A program made the translations under genes and the position numbers. Below the pieces are notes generated by a model, which saw only the letters and a program-made list of their open reading frames with translations, did not search any database and had not been told where the DNA came from. DNA of 64,000 nucleotides from Coriobacteriia bacterium (lineage in GTDB: Bacteria; Actinomycetota; Coriobacteriia; Coriobacteriales; UBA8131): contig WRHL01000002.1 in the NCBI GenBank assembly GCA_009783245.1, positions 9,233 to 73,232 of the forward strand, in the 5' to 3' direction. Below are positions 28,571 through 38,766 of the stretch, piece after piece; the stretch's first letter is position 1, and each line of letters starts with the position of its first letter.

Positions 28571-31500
28571 TCAGCGATACTCGCGGTTGCCTTCCTTGCG
28601 GCGGCGACTACGCAATAACGACAGCAACAGCAGGGTCAACGTTATCAGCACAAAGGTCCCGATGATGAGCAGGGATTGCATGTCCAGCTTGTTGCCGGTC
28701 TGGTTATCGCCAGCACTCAGCGGAGTATCGGTGTCGTCTATCGTGCTTGTGTCATCACCATCAGCGCTATCATCGTCAGCGGCATCATCCGCCACCGAAA
28801 CCTGCAAGGTCAGGCTCGCAGAATACCCGTCACTGAACTCAGCTACAAAGGTATAGTTCCCATCCTTCAGTGTCTTCAAGTAGCTTTCCTCAAAGGTAAT
28901 CACGGTTTCTGCACGTGCAGTGTCACCACGCAACGTGTAGTTCTCAGAATCGACAACAGCGCCATTCAGCGTCAATCGCAAGAGCTTCCCTGGATCCGCG
29001 CTTATCTTTGCAGCAGCCGTGCCGCTTCCCTTCCAAGCACCAAATTGGCTTTGGACGTTATATGTGCGGGTAGCATCAGTACCCCCGCTGCCCTGCCCTG
29101 TGATGTTCAACGTAATGCTGCCAGACACGCCTGAACCATCCTGAGCCGTAGCGCGCACCACCACCGTGCCATCGGCACGAGCCGTCACCAAGCCGCCAGA
29201 GCTTAATGAGGCATAGGCTGATCCGCTCACAATGCTCCAGGTAACCGACGTGTTTGTTGCGTTAGATGGAGAGATATAGGCATAAAGTTGTAGGGTTTCG
29301 CGCGGCGCACCAATGGAAGTAACTCCCCCTGCGCTACTCACCGTGATGCCCGTCACATAGACCCTTGAGACGGGCACATCCCGATAGTTCGCAGTCACGG
29401 TAGCCGCGTTGGCCGGCATAGTATAGGTGGTGCTCGCACTTCTGGGGTTGGCAATAGCCCCACCGCTGCTCCCTGACCATTGGTCAAAGACCTTGCCCGC
29501 AGGCGCCGCAGCAGCAGAAATACTCACCACCGTACCAGCAGGGTAGTTGCCGCTACCGTAACCACCGTTAACCCTCAATGTATAGGTGACAGGCGCATCA
29601 GCTACAAAACCCGCCCTCAACGTGACGGCGCCGGTCGGCATGCTGAAAGTAGCGGGATTGGCCATGCTACCACCCGCAAGTGACGCGCCGCTTATCGTCC
29701 AACCGGTGAAGTGATACCCAGGATTCGCAGTAGCTGTAACACTCACGGGCGTCGCTGCCTCATAATTCCCACTCGCCGTGCCCATCACCGAGCCTCCGGC
29801 GCTTGTAGTAACCGTAAAGTTGTACTTCGGCACTGCCGCAACCTCAAAACTCACGTCAAAACTCGTAGCAATACCGTTTGCGCCGCTCACCGTCACAGTA
29901 GCCTCATACTCACCCACAGCAAGCCCCGTCATCGGCGCCACACTGAAGCCAACGATCCCGTCCACAGCGATACTCGTGAGCATAGCGTCAGAAAGCCTGA
30001 AGGCATAAGTATCCGCACCACTCAGCGCAACACTCAAAGCGCCTGTGGGCTGATTCCCGGTATTGCTGACGATAACAGACAGGGCTGTCTGGGTCCCATA
30101 ACCAGCGACGACGGGGTCAAAGACCTGCATCCCACTGGCATCCAGCGAAACGCCGTAAGTCGACGCGGGCGCCGCAGCGGTGACCTCAACGCTGAAGCTT
30201 GCGGTCTGGATGGTATCGCCTCCGATGAAAAGGCGGTTGTCGGTGTAGGTCACCGTGACCGTCTGGGTGCCTACCGTGTCAAGCACCGCACCATCAGCAG
30301 GGTCGGTCACCACCAGATAGGTGACATCCTCGAGATACGAGTCATCAGAGGGACTGACCCTATAGGTTGCCATGACTTCCAGCCCTGTCAAATCCAGCGC
30401 CTCGCCTTCGATGTAGCTGGTCTTGGCAGGCTCAGACGTCACCTCGATGCGTTCCAGGATGGTCAGCCAGTCGATCGTATAGAAGGTGATGATGAAGAAC
30501 GCGTTTTCTGTGATAGAGCCGTCGGTAAAGTAGACCATGACCTTAAAGGGGGTCCATTCGTCAAGCACCGTGCCGCTTGCAGGGTCGATGACCACCAGAT
30601 CCGTGACGTCTGCCGAAGAACCGTCGCTGTATAGGGCAACCACCTTAAGGCCCGTCAGGTCGAATGTCTCCCCATACATGTAATTCGTCTTTGTCGGAGC
30701 CTCCTCGATCACCAAAGCGGTCAGATACGGCTCCGGTGCAGCAACCACCTCGACCGTGAAGCTCGTGGTCTTCATCACGGTATCCTCGGTATAGCCGATA
30801 AGTACGGTGACGGTACCGACCACATCCAGCTGGGAATACGCAGCCGGGATGATGTCGATATACTCCGTGACATCAGCAGTGGAACCGTCAGAGTACGTTG
30901 CCGTGACCTCTAGGCCTGTGTAGTCAAGTAGCTGCCACTCATGATAGCTGGTCTTTCTGGGCTCGGCCGTCACCGCGATGCTCTCCAGCTGCGGCTCACC
31001 CCCCAAGACGGAATACACATGCACCACAGGCTCCCCGCCAACAGCATAGAGGCTGTAGACATACAGCGTCCTGGTATCCGCGTCAAAGCAGGAACCGGCT
31101 ATCTCCTGCCCGGCGCTGGTCGCCGTATTGGGCAGGTTCATGTAGGCCATCGAAGACGGTACAACGCTTTCCCGGGGGATGGCGCCTGTGGCGGCCTGTC
31201 CCAGAGTCTCATAATCGTAGAAGTTCCAGACGTTCTCAAAGGTGGCATTCCAGTTGGCGCCACCATAGCCATAGTCAACGCGACCAGTGGAAAGGTGGTT
31301 GAAGCTCACATAGCCCTTCTTGTCGGGCAGGTCGATAAAGACCCCGCTGCCAACCGAACAACCGGCGCCCCACCAGCCCTCCCAGGGGCTTATGGGATTC
31401 TTGCTGAAGGCGGTGCTTGTGTAGAAGACATTCCCGTCCCTGAGCGCAGGGTCGCTGATTGAGTAGTTGAAGACCGGCTGCACGCTCATAGTGCCGCCGC

Positions 31501-32698
31501 CACCGGGCACATCCACCGCAGCCAGAGCAGGTCCCCAGCTGGCTGAAGCGTTGATGCTGTATTCGCCTCCAAAGCCCAGACCCAAGGTCTTGCCTCCGGT
31601 ATATTGGCTGGCAAAGCCCTCAGGGATGTTGGTCACTCCGCCCCAGAAGGACTTGGCGGGCGCGCCGCCCAGATCGGACGGCTGATACCACTGGGCAACC
31701 TCGACCAAGGTGCCGCTGCTCAGATCAGCTGCTCGCAGCGTGGGAAAATCGATGGAGCCCGTATAGTAGAAATGGTAGTTGGTCCAATAAAGCAGGCCTG
31801 TGCTCTGCTCGTAATACAGGGAGCCGTTGGAGAATTCAGGCGCGTACCTTGGCAGCTCACCAAAGACGGAGCGTAGCTCAGCTGTGGGCACCGCAGAAGT
31901 GTCGCTGCCCACAATGGCGCCCGGTGCGGGGATGGCCACCTCATAGGCGGTTTGAGCGTAGGTGCCGGTGGCCAGGATCATGCGCTGCTCCCCGTCCACG
32001 GTCCGCAGGGTGATCCCGCTGGGGTAGAAGCTCTTCTCATCATGGATAGCGCCTGGCACCGCTGGCAAAGCAAAGCTACCCACATATTCCAGGTCAGACC
32101 CATCCACCACGCCCGGTATGCGTACCTGGACAGGCGGCATATCGGTGCGAGGCACCACCTCAAACGTGAGGCTTACCTCCGGGCCAAAGAAAGGCGCGCT
32201 CGCCCAATCGCGTACGTAGGTGTAGGGAGCCCATTCGGCCAGCTGCCAGGTCAGGGTGTAGGTGCCCGGCGTAGCGGGGGCCATCAGCGAGGTGTAGAAG
32301 GAGACGGTCTCACCGGGGTCAAAGGAATAGGCGTGGCCGGGGGTTATCAAAAAGGTGCCAAAATCCGCGTTGTAATCAGGGTTGCGGGTCAAAAAGGTGG
32401 TGGGATGCAGCTCGTCGGCGTAGTCGTCCACCCACGTCAGCGTTCCGATGTTCTTAACGATGAGTTCGAACTTGAACACCTGGCCGGCCGGTATCTGCGG
32501 CGGTGCGTCACCGGGTGTGTAGACCGCGTCATCTATGCGGACTTCCAGCAACTCTGCATCCATACCCGGATCCGCATAAGCCGTCACCTTGGATGGTGAC
32601 AGAAGCAGCAGGGACGCCAGCCCTGCTATAAACAGAATGGCAGTCAGAAAAGAGACGATCCTTTTGGATTGCGCCTTGATAGGCTTCGAAACACTCAC
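28571..32698 (-). CDS. Large surface-anchored protein with Ig-like repeats (Big_3 x3, InlB-B-like, Big_2)
   Basis: Signal peptide; three 'P.KTSY.....LD.TGL.V.A.YS' repeats; GYHFTGW and GKVFDQW repeats; C-terminal NQTGN, TM helix and basic tail. Confidence 0.85.
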   Translation of the reverse strand: MSVSKPIKAQSKRIVSFLTAILFIAGLASLLLLSPSKVTAYADPGMDAELLEVRIDDAVYTPGDAPPQIPAGQVFKFELIVKNIGTLTWVDDYADELHPTTFLTRNPDYNADFGTFLITPGHAYSFDPGETVSFYTSLMAPATPGTYTLTWQLAEWAPYTYVRDWASAPFFGPEVSLTFEVVPRTDMPPVQVRIPGVVDGSDLEYVGSFALPAVPGAIHDEKSFYPSGITLRTVDGEQRMILATGTYAQTAYEVAIPAPGAIVGSDTSAVPTAELRSVFGELPRYAPEFSNGSLYYEQSTGLLYWTNYHFYYTGSIDFPTLRAADLSSGTLVEVAQWYQPSDLGGAPAKSFWGGVTNIPEGFASQYTGGKTLGLGFGGEYSINASASWGPALAAVDVPGGGGTMSVQPVFNYSISDPALRDGNVFYTSTAFSKNPISPWEGWWGAGCSVGSGVFIDLPDKKGYVSFNHLSTGRVDYGYGGANWNATFENVWNFYDYETLGQAATGAIPRESVVPSSMAYMNLPNTATSAGQEIAGSCFDADTRTLYVYSLYAVGGEPVVHVYSVLGGEPQLESIAVTAEPRKTSYHEWQLLDYTGLEVTATYSDGSTADVTEYIDIIPAAYSQLDVVGTVTVLIGYTEDTVMKTTSFTVEVVAAPEPYLTALVIEEAPTKTNYMYGETFDLTGLKVVALYSDGSSADVTDLVVIDPASGTVLDEWTPFKVMVYFTDGSITENAFFIITFYTIDWLTILERIEVTSEPAKTSYIEGEALDLTGLEVMATYRVSPSDDSYLEDVTYLVVTDPADGAVLDTVGTQTVTVTYTDNRLFIGGDTIQTASFSVEVTAAAPASTYGVSLDASGMQVFDPVVAGYGTQTALSVIVSNTGNQPTGALSVALSGADTYAFRLSDAMLTSIAVDGIVGFSVAPMTGLAVGEYEATVTVSGANGIATSFDVSFEVAAVPKYNFTVTTSAGGSVMGTASGNYEAATPVSVTATANPGYHFTGWTISGASLAGGSMANPATFSMPTGAVTLRAGFVADAPVTYTLRVNGGYGSGNYPAGTVVSISAAAAPAGKVFDQWSGSSGGAIANPRSASTTYTMPANAATVTANYRDVPVSRVYVTGITVSSAGGVTSIGAPRETLQLYAYISPSNATNTSVTWSIVSGSAYASLSSGGLVTARADGTVVVRATAQDGSGVSGSITLNITGQGSGGTDATRTYNVQSQFGAWKGSGTAAAKISADPGKLLRLTLNGAVVDSENYTLRGDTARAETVITFEESYLKTLKDGNYTFVAEFSDGYSASLTLQVSVADDAADDDSADGDDTSTIDDTDTPLSAGDNQTGNKLDMQSLLIIGTFVLITLTLLLLSLLRSRRRKEGNREYR

Positions 32699-32937
32699 CT
32701 TTAACCCTCCCCAGCGATAAAAGCTCTGCTCTATTGTGCCGCTAATGCGGTATATATGTATCCAGAATGATAGCAGTTTTCTTTATTGATGTGATAAGAG
32801 AGCACATTAAAACTTCGCCTTTCTCGTTATAGGGCTTTTCTCCCCTATTTACCGCAGGTTGTGAGACAATGGATGATTGTATGTGTTGAACAGACAAGTG
32901 CCTGTAAGTGGGCAGGGGGAGTTTGAGAGGCAGCATA

Positions 32938-34536
32938 ATGAGAATCATCAAAACCATACTGGCAATGGGGCTTGCTGTGTTGTTGGCAGTGGGCTTTGCA
33001 GCTTGCAACAAAGAGGTCCCTGATACGCAGGTGGCAGCGACTGTCAACGGCACTGACATCATGGAAGCGGATATCACCGCCCGCATCGAAGCGCTCCGGA
33101 TCGACCCCTACACAGGTGAGGTCCTGGATGATGTCTCCTGGGCTAAACTGCTGGCTGATTATGATTTCACACCTGAGTCACTCAGGGAGTATGTTATCCG
33201 CTACGACTTCGCCTTCTATGTACTCTTCATACAGAAGGCCGAGGCCGAGGGGATAGTGGCGGACGCCGCAGAGATCGACTCGACGATAGCCACTATCAAG
33301 TCCAGCATCGTGAGCTCTGGTGAGACCTATGAGAACTATCTCGAATCCATGGGCATGGCAACAGAGGATGCCCATCGCTGGATACTTGAGGCGAACTATA
33401 TCAAGGATGCTGCTGCCGAGAAGATGGTCAGCAAGAATCCGCCTGCGAAGTCTGAAGTCGACGCTTACGTCAGTGAGAACGCTGCCATGTATGCTGGAAA
33501 GCGCCTTTGGCTTATCGCCTTGCTTGCCGATAACAGCGACCCCGAGAGGACCAACGACCTCACCAGAGCCCGGGCAGAGGCAGCCTACCAGGAACTGCAG
33601 AATGGCGCCGACTTCTCAGCGGTCGCCAGGAAGTACATGGAGGGCTCCCAGTTGGCAGAGGACGGCGGTGACCTGGGTTGGGGCTATGAGTATTACACGC
33701 CGCAGGAGGTGCGTATCGCCCTTGCCACGCTGGAGCTCAACGAGATCTCAGAAGTGATTGAGGTTTCAGAGGCTGAAGACAAGGGTGACGAGCCGGACAC
33801 ACCTGAGCCCGACATCTCCTTTTATATCGTCAAATACACCGATGATTTCGTGCTCACCGATGAGGAGTATTACGAGCCTGTGGATATCTCAAGAGTTCCC
33901 CAGGAAATATACGATGAGCTGGCCGAGATGTTCACTGCCCAGTTCGAGCAGGACAGGTTGAACCAGTTCTTCCTGGATATCGCTGAATCGGACGAGATCG
34001 TCATCAACCCCATGCCAGAGGGCTTGTCGTATGACGTGGACATGAGCCTTGCAGACACGCCGGATGAAGAAGGCGAGGGTGAAGGTGAGGGCTCGGAGAG
34101 CGAGGTACCCGAGCCAGAGCGCTATGACGCCTTCATGAACCCAGCAGTCCCCGATCCTACCTATGATGAAAACGGTCTGGGCATCAGCGACCTCGTTGTA
34201 GGAGAAGGCCTTGAGGTGAAGAAGGGCGACCTTGTCGAGGTACACTACATCGGCACCCTGACAAACACCGAGGTCTTCGACAACTCCTATGACCGCGGTT
34301 CGCCCTTCACCGTTACGGTGGGCGCTGGAGGAGTCATCCAGGGCTGGGAGCTTGGCCTGGTGGGTGCGAAGGTGGGCGGCACCCGCATCCTGGTCATCCC
34401 GCCAGAGCTTGCCTACGGCAGTGCAGAGAGGGGTAGCATCCCGGCTAACTCGACCCTCATCTTCCAGCTCGAGATAGTCTCCGTCAACGGCGACTCCACC
34501 GGCTATTCCGGTACCGGCATCAAACCGACTAACTAG
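32938..34536 (+). CDS. PrsA/SurA-like foldase lipoprotein fused to an FKBP-type PPIase
   Basis: Lipobox FAAC; VAATVNG; parvulin-like DFSAVARKY..GGDLGW; FKBP VHYIGTL..FDNS..GVIQGWE..IPPELAYG. Confidence 0.85.
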   Translation: MRIIKTILAMGLAVLLAVGFAACNKEVPDTQVAATVNGTDIMEADITARIEALRIDPYTGEVLDDVSWAKLLADYDFTPESLREYVIRYDFAFYVLFIQKAEAEGIVADAAEIDSTIATIKSSIVSSGETYENYLESMGMATEDAHRWILEANYIKDAAAEKMVSKNPPAKSEVDAYVSENAAMYAGKRLWLIALLADNSDPERTNDLTRARAEAAYQELQNGADFSAVARKYMEGSQLAEDGGDLGWGYEYYTPQEVRIALATLELNEISEVIEVSEAEDKGDEPDTPEPDISFYIVKYTDDFVLTDEEYYEPVDISRVPQEIYDELAEMFTAQFEQDRLNQFFLDIAESDEIVINPMPEGLSYDVDMSLADTPDEEGEGEGEGSESEVPEPERYDAFMNPAVPDPTYDENGLGISDLVVGEGLEVKKGDLVEVHYIGTLTNTEVFDNSYDRGSPFTVTVGAGGVIQGWELGLVGAKVGGTRILVIPPELAYGSAERGSIPANSTLIFQLEIVSVNGDSTGYSGTGIKPTN

Positions 34537-34698
34537 CCAGGGACCAGGGAACAGGGACTGCCGACAAGATTTGTTTCACAGAAGTATGTGCTGCTGAACA
34601 GAGGAACGGACCAAACGTTATGACCCACCAGGCGCCGTATAGTCGAGCATCATCGCCTGCCATTGGGTCTCATCGCTTACGGAGAATGGCATGATGGT

Positions 34699-36705
34699 AT
34701 GAGCCGCGAACTCTGCATGGGCAACCAGGCGCTGGCTCTTGGCGCGCTTAAGGCGGGCATCAACGTTGCCGCGGGCTATCCCGGCACCCCCTCCTCCGAG
34801 ATACTGGAGACCCTGGACGTGCAGGTGAAGGCCCGTGGCCTGACTGCCCTGCATGTGGAGTGGTCCACCAACGAGAAGGCCGCGCTTGAGCTGGGCTTTG
34901 GCGCCTCCCTCGCTGGCGCGCGGGCGCTGGTCACCATGAAGCAGGTGGGGCTCAACGTGGCCTCCGACGCGCTGATGACCCTGCCCTACCTGGGCGTCAA
35001 AGGCGGCCTGGTACTGGTTGTCGCCGACGACCCCGGCCCCATCTCCTCGCAGACCGAGCAGGACACCCGCCAGTTCGCAGGCTTTGCCAAGGTGCCGGTG
35101 CTCGACCCCTCCACACCCGAGGAGGCCCACCGGATGATACAGTCCGCCTTCGACCTCTCCGAATGGCACGCGACGCCAGTCATCGTGCGCCCCTCAACGC
35201 GTATCTGCCACGGGGCGGTGGGGCTTGATACCAGCTACGACTACGTCCCCCACGCGGTCTCCGGCTTTGAGCGCGACCCGCGCTGGGTCATCTTCCCGCG
35301 GCGCACCTATGAGGGCCACCTCGAGCTGCTGAGCCGCCTGTCCGCCATCGCCGCTGACTTCAGCGCCAGCCCCTATAACGCCCTCATCAACACCCACGCC
35401 ACCGCCCCCGCCCACCAGGGCATCGTGGCCGGCGGCATAAGCTACGCCTACCTGCATGATGCCCTGTTGCAGCTTGATGACCTGGCGTCTCTGCGCCTGT
35501 TCAAGTGCGGCACCCCCTTCCCCTTCCCCCAAACCCTTGCCCTGCAGTTCTTGGAGGGCTTACGAGAGATACTGGTCTTTGAGGAGCTGGAGCCCGTCCT
35601 GGAACGCGAGTTTTTGCAGTTGATAGGCAGACACCAGCTCAAGGTGAAGGTATTCGGCAAACTAAGCGGGCACGCCAACCTGGCTGGGGAGAACTCGGTG
35701 TCCCTTATCGCCCGTCAGGTAGAAGCGCTCTATGGCGACAACGGCTTTGCCCCACCTCTCGACGTCACACCTCAGACCTCCACTGGGTCTGGATCCAACC
35801 CTGCGGCTGTTGCCCCCGACCTCCCAGCGCGTGCACCGGTGCTCTGCGCCGGCTGCCCCCACCGCGCCTCCTTCTACGCGGTCAAGCAGGCGCTCAAGGG
35901 CCGGCCGGCCGTCTTCAGTGGGGATATAGGCTGCTATACGTTGGGCAATGCGCTACCTCTGGATATGGTGGACAGCTGCGTGTGCATGGGCGCTGGTTTC
36001 ACGGTGCCCCAGGGTATGCAATGGGCGCAGCCGGATGTCCTGCATCTGGGATTTGTAGGCGATTCGACCTTCTTTGCCAGCGGGTTGACCGGTGTGGTAA
36101 ACGCCGTCTACAACCAGGCACAGGTCACACTCTGCGTGCTGGACAACGCGACAACCGCCATGACCGGCTCGCAGCCCCATCCCGGGACGGGGATCCGCCT
36201 GGGTACCCACAGAGCAGCTCAGGAGAGCACGGATGTGGCTGGGGGGGAAAGCGGAACTAACGCAGAAGGTGCGGCTGACGGGGAAGACGCGATGGGCGCG
36301 GGTGGCGCGACTAGCGCGGCGGACACCAAAGGCGCCCTGGACATCCCCGCCGTCCTGCGCGCGCTTGGCGTCAGGCACGTAGCCCAGGTCGACCCCTTTG
36401 ACCTCAAGGCCGCCCAAGAAGCCGTGCGCGAGGCAGTGAGCCACAGCGGTGTCAGCGCTGTGGTCTTCAAAGCGCCCTGCATCACCGTTGCTCCACCACA
36501 AACCCGGCGCGGCGTTGACCCCGGGCTCTGTTCCGCCTGTCATAAATGCATTCGCGAGATAGGCTGTCCCGCCCTTATCGTCACCTCTGAGAAGAAGGCC
36601 CGTATCGACCAGGCGCTCTGTTATGGCTGCACGCTGTGCGCCCAACTCTGCCCCACCCACGCCATACAGCCCCTGCAGGCGGCAAAAGGCGGTGGGGCCG
36701 CATGA
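34699..36705 (+). CDS. iorA: Indolepyruvate:ferredoxin oxidoreductase alpha subunit
   Basis: GYPGTPSSE, NEKAA, LCAGCPHR, GDIGC, GDSTF, TAMTG, C-terminal ferredoxin. Confidence 0.95.
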   Translation: MSRELCMGNQALALGALKAGINVAAGYPGTPSSEILETLDVQVKARGLTALHVEWSTNEKAALELGFGASLAGARALVTMKQVGLNVASDALMTLPYLGVKGGLVLVVADDPGPISSQTEQDTRQFAGFAKVPVLDPSTPEEAHRMIQSAFDLSEWHATPVIVRPSTRICHGAVGLDTSYDYVPHAVSGFERDPRWVIFPRRTYEGHLELLSRLSAIAADFSASPYNALINTHATAPAHQGIVAGGISYAYLHDALLQLDDLASLRLFKCGTPFPFPQTLALQFLEGLREILVFEELEPVLEREFLQLIGRHQLKVKVFGKLSGHANLAGENSVSLIARQVEALYGDNGFAPPLDVTPQTSTGSGSNPAAVAPDLPARAPVLCAGCPHRASFYAVKQALKGRPAVFSGDIGCYTLGNALPLDMVDSCVCMGAGFTVPQGMQWAQPDVLHLGFVGDSTFFASGLTGVVNAVYNQAQVTLCVLDNATTAMTGSQPHPGTGIRLGTHRAAQESTDVAGGESGTNAEGAADGEDAMGAGGATSAADTKGALDIPAVLRALGVRHVAQVDPFDLKAAQEAVREAVSHSGVSAVVFKAPCITVAPPQTRRGVDPGLCSACHKCIREIGCPALIVTSEKKARIDQALCYGCTLCAQLCPTHAIQPLQAAKGGGAA

Positions 36706-37376
36706 GCGAGATAGTCATTGCCGGCGTTGGCGGCCAGGGCACCGTGTTAGCGTCCAAACTGCTGGCCAAGGCGGCGCTGCTTGAGGGCCATGCGGTGCGT
36801 ACTGCGGAGACCATCGGCATGGCACAGCGCGGTGGTACGGTCCTGGGCCACGTGCGCATTGCACGCGAGAATAACTACGGCGGCGCCCGCACCGGCTCCC
36901 ACAGCGACTTGCCACTCTCACCCTTGGTCAGCGCTCAAAGCGCTGATCTGCTCATCGGCTTTGAACCAGGTGAGACGGTACGCGCCCTGCCCTTTGTGCG
37001 CAATGGCGGGGCGGTAGTCACGGCAATGCAGACCCTGGTGCCTGCAGGAGCCGCAGCTTCAAGCATCGTCCAAGGCTACAACGGCGCTGCCGAGCTCGCC
37101 TACCTGCAGGGCTGCCAGACCACTGGGCGCCTGGGTTCGCTCATGGTGGTCGATGGCGTTGCCGCCTGCTCCCGGCTGGGCTCCTTCAAGGCGCTCAACG
37201 TCCTTTTGTTGGGCGCAGCCCTGGCAACAGGCAGCATCGAGCTGAGCGAGCAGGCTCTGCTCGCCGCCATCGACGCGCTGGTCAAACCGCAGTTCAGGGA
37301 GCTGAACAAGCAGGCCCTCGCACAGGGCATGAGCCTCTTGGCTGCCCAAGGGGATTTGGAGGAGACGCGGTCATGA
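36702..37376 (+). CDS. iorB: Indolepyruvate:ferredoxin oxidoreductase beta subunit
   Basis: AGVGGQG, ETIGMAQRGG; ATGA overlap with iorA. Confidence 0.93.
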   Translation: MSEIVIAGVGGQGTVLASKLLAKAALLEGHAVRTAETIGMAQRGGTVLGHVRIARENNYGGARTGSHSDLPLSPLVSAQSADLLIGFEPGETVRALPFVRNGGAVVTAMQTLVPAGAAASSIVQGYNGAAELAYLQGCQTTGRLGSLMVVDGVAACSRLGSFKALNVLLLGAALATGSIELSEQALLAAIDALVKPQFRELNKQALAQGMSLLAAQGDLEETRS

Positions 37377-38653
37377 GCAAAGCGGTCGCCAGCAGGGCAG
37401 CTCAGAGTAAGACAACCCAAGGTGTACGCGAGCAGGCGCTGGAGGAATCCCTGGAGCTCCTCAAGACCATTACAACAAGAAGCTCCTTCTACGCCAGGAA
37501 GTTCGCGGGTATCGATCTTGCGACCATCAAAGACGCTGAGTCCTTCCAGGCTCTCCCCCTGACCACAAAGGAGGACCTGCGCGATGCCTATCCGCTGGGC
37601 CTTGCTGCGGTGCCTCCCTCGCAGATAGTCCGCATCCATTCCTCCAGCGGTACCACCGGAACGCCGGTCATCATCCCTTATACCGCAAAGGATGTGCAGG
37701 ATTGGGCCATCATGTTCGCCCGCTGCTATGAGTTCTCTGGCATCACGCGGGAGGATCGCATCCAGATCACCCCTGGCTACGGTCTCTGGACGGCCGGTAT
37801 CGGCTTCCAATTGGGAGCGGAGCTGCTGGGCGCCATGGCCATCCCCATGGGCCCCGGCAACACGGACAGGCAGCTGCAGATGATGATGGACCTTCAGACC
37901 ACCGTCCTGGGAGCCACCTCCTCCTATGCCCTGCTGCTTGCCGAGACCATCGCAGAGCGCGGCATTGGTGATAGGATCAAGCTGCGCAAGGGCGTCATAG
38001 GCTCGGAGCGCTGGGGCGAGAAGATGCGCACCCGTATCGCCAGTGAGCTGGGCGTGGACCTGCATGACATCTACGGGCTCACCGAGATCTACGGCCCCGG
38101 CATAGGCATCAATTGCGAAGCCCAGACAGCCATGCACTGCTGGGATGACTATCTGTACCTCGAGATCATCGACCCGGACACCGGCGCAGTGCTCCCAGAC
38201 GGCGAAAGCGGCGAGCTGGTCATCACCACGCTGCAGAAGGAGGGAGCGCCGCTCATCCGCTACCGCACGCGCGACCTGACACGCATCGTACCCGGGGATT
38301 GTCCCTGTGGCAGCCCCTACACGCGCATCGAGACGCTCATCGGCCGCAGTGACGACATGATCAAGGTCAAAGGCATCAACATCTTCCCCGCGCACATAGA
38401 GGAGGCCTTGAGCGTAACCGAAGGGGCATCCAGCGAATACCAGGTCATGATCGACCACCTCAACGGCAAGGACATCATGACCGTCTTCTTTGAGACCGCC
38501 TCACCCGAGGAGCATCGCCCCTACATCGAGCTGGCCCTGCACCAGGCCATCAAGGACAAACTCTCCCTCTCTGTTGTCTCTAAGGCGGTCAACCTGGGCG
38601 ACCTGCCCCGCTCGGAGAAGAAGACCAAGCGCATCTTCGACAACCGCTACTGA
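37373..38653 (+). CDS. paaK: Phenylacetate--CoA ligase family protein (second paralog)
   Basis: HSSSGTTG, GYGLWTAG, DIYGLTE, RYRTRD, GRSDDM. Confidence 0.92.
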   Translation: MSKAVASRAAQSKTTQGVREQALEESLELLKTITTRSSFYARKFAGIDLATIKDAESFQALPLTTKEDLRDAYPLGLAAVPPSQIVRIHSSSGTTGTPVIIPYTAKDVQDWAIMFARCYEFSGITREDRIQITPGYGLWTAGIGFQLGAELLGAMAIPMGPGNTDRQLQMMMDLQTTVLGATSSYALLLAETIAERGIGDRIKLRKGVIGSERWGEKMRTRIASELGVDLHDIYGLTEIYGPGIGINCEAQTAMHCWDDYLYLEIIDPDTGAVLPDGESGELVITTLQKEGAPLIRYRTRDLTRIVPGDCPCGSPYTRIETLIGRSDDMIKVKGINIFPAHIEEALSVTEGASSEYQVMIDHLNGKDIMTVFFETASPEEHRPYIELALHQAIKDKLSLSVVSKAVNLGDLPRSEKKTKRIFDNRY

Positions 38654-38659
38654 TGTGAC

Positions 38660-38766
38660 AGACGGTGTCAGTAGAGTGTGTCATGGGGTCGTATCTGTTG
38701 ACACATTCTCCGTCGGAGAATGTGTCAACAGATACGACCCCATGACACACTCTACTGACACCGTCT
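38660..38766. repeat. Perfect 107-bp palindrome (53-bp arms, 1-nt centre)
   Basis: 38660-38712 is the exact reverse complement of 38714-38766. Confidence 0.95.

Noticed and set aside
37100-38458. Long antisense ORFs (also 1764-2828, 18086-19369, 42039-43025, 58134-59555)
   Set aside because: Shadow ORFs opposite well-supported genes, expected from high-GC codon bias.
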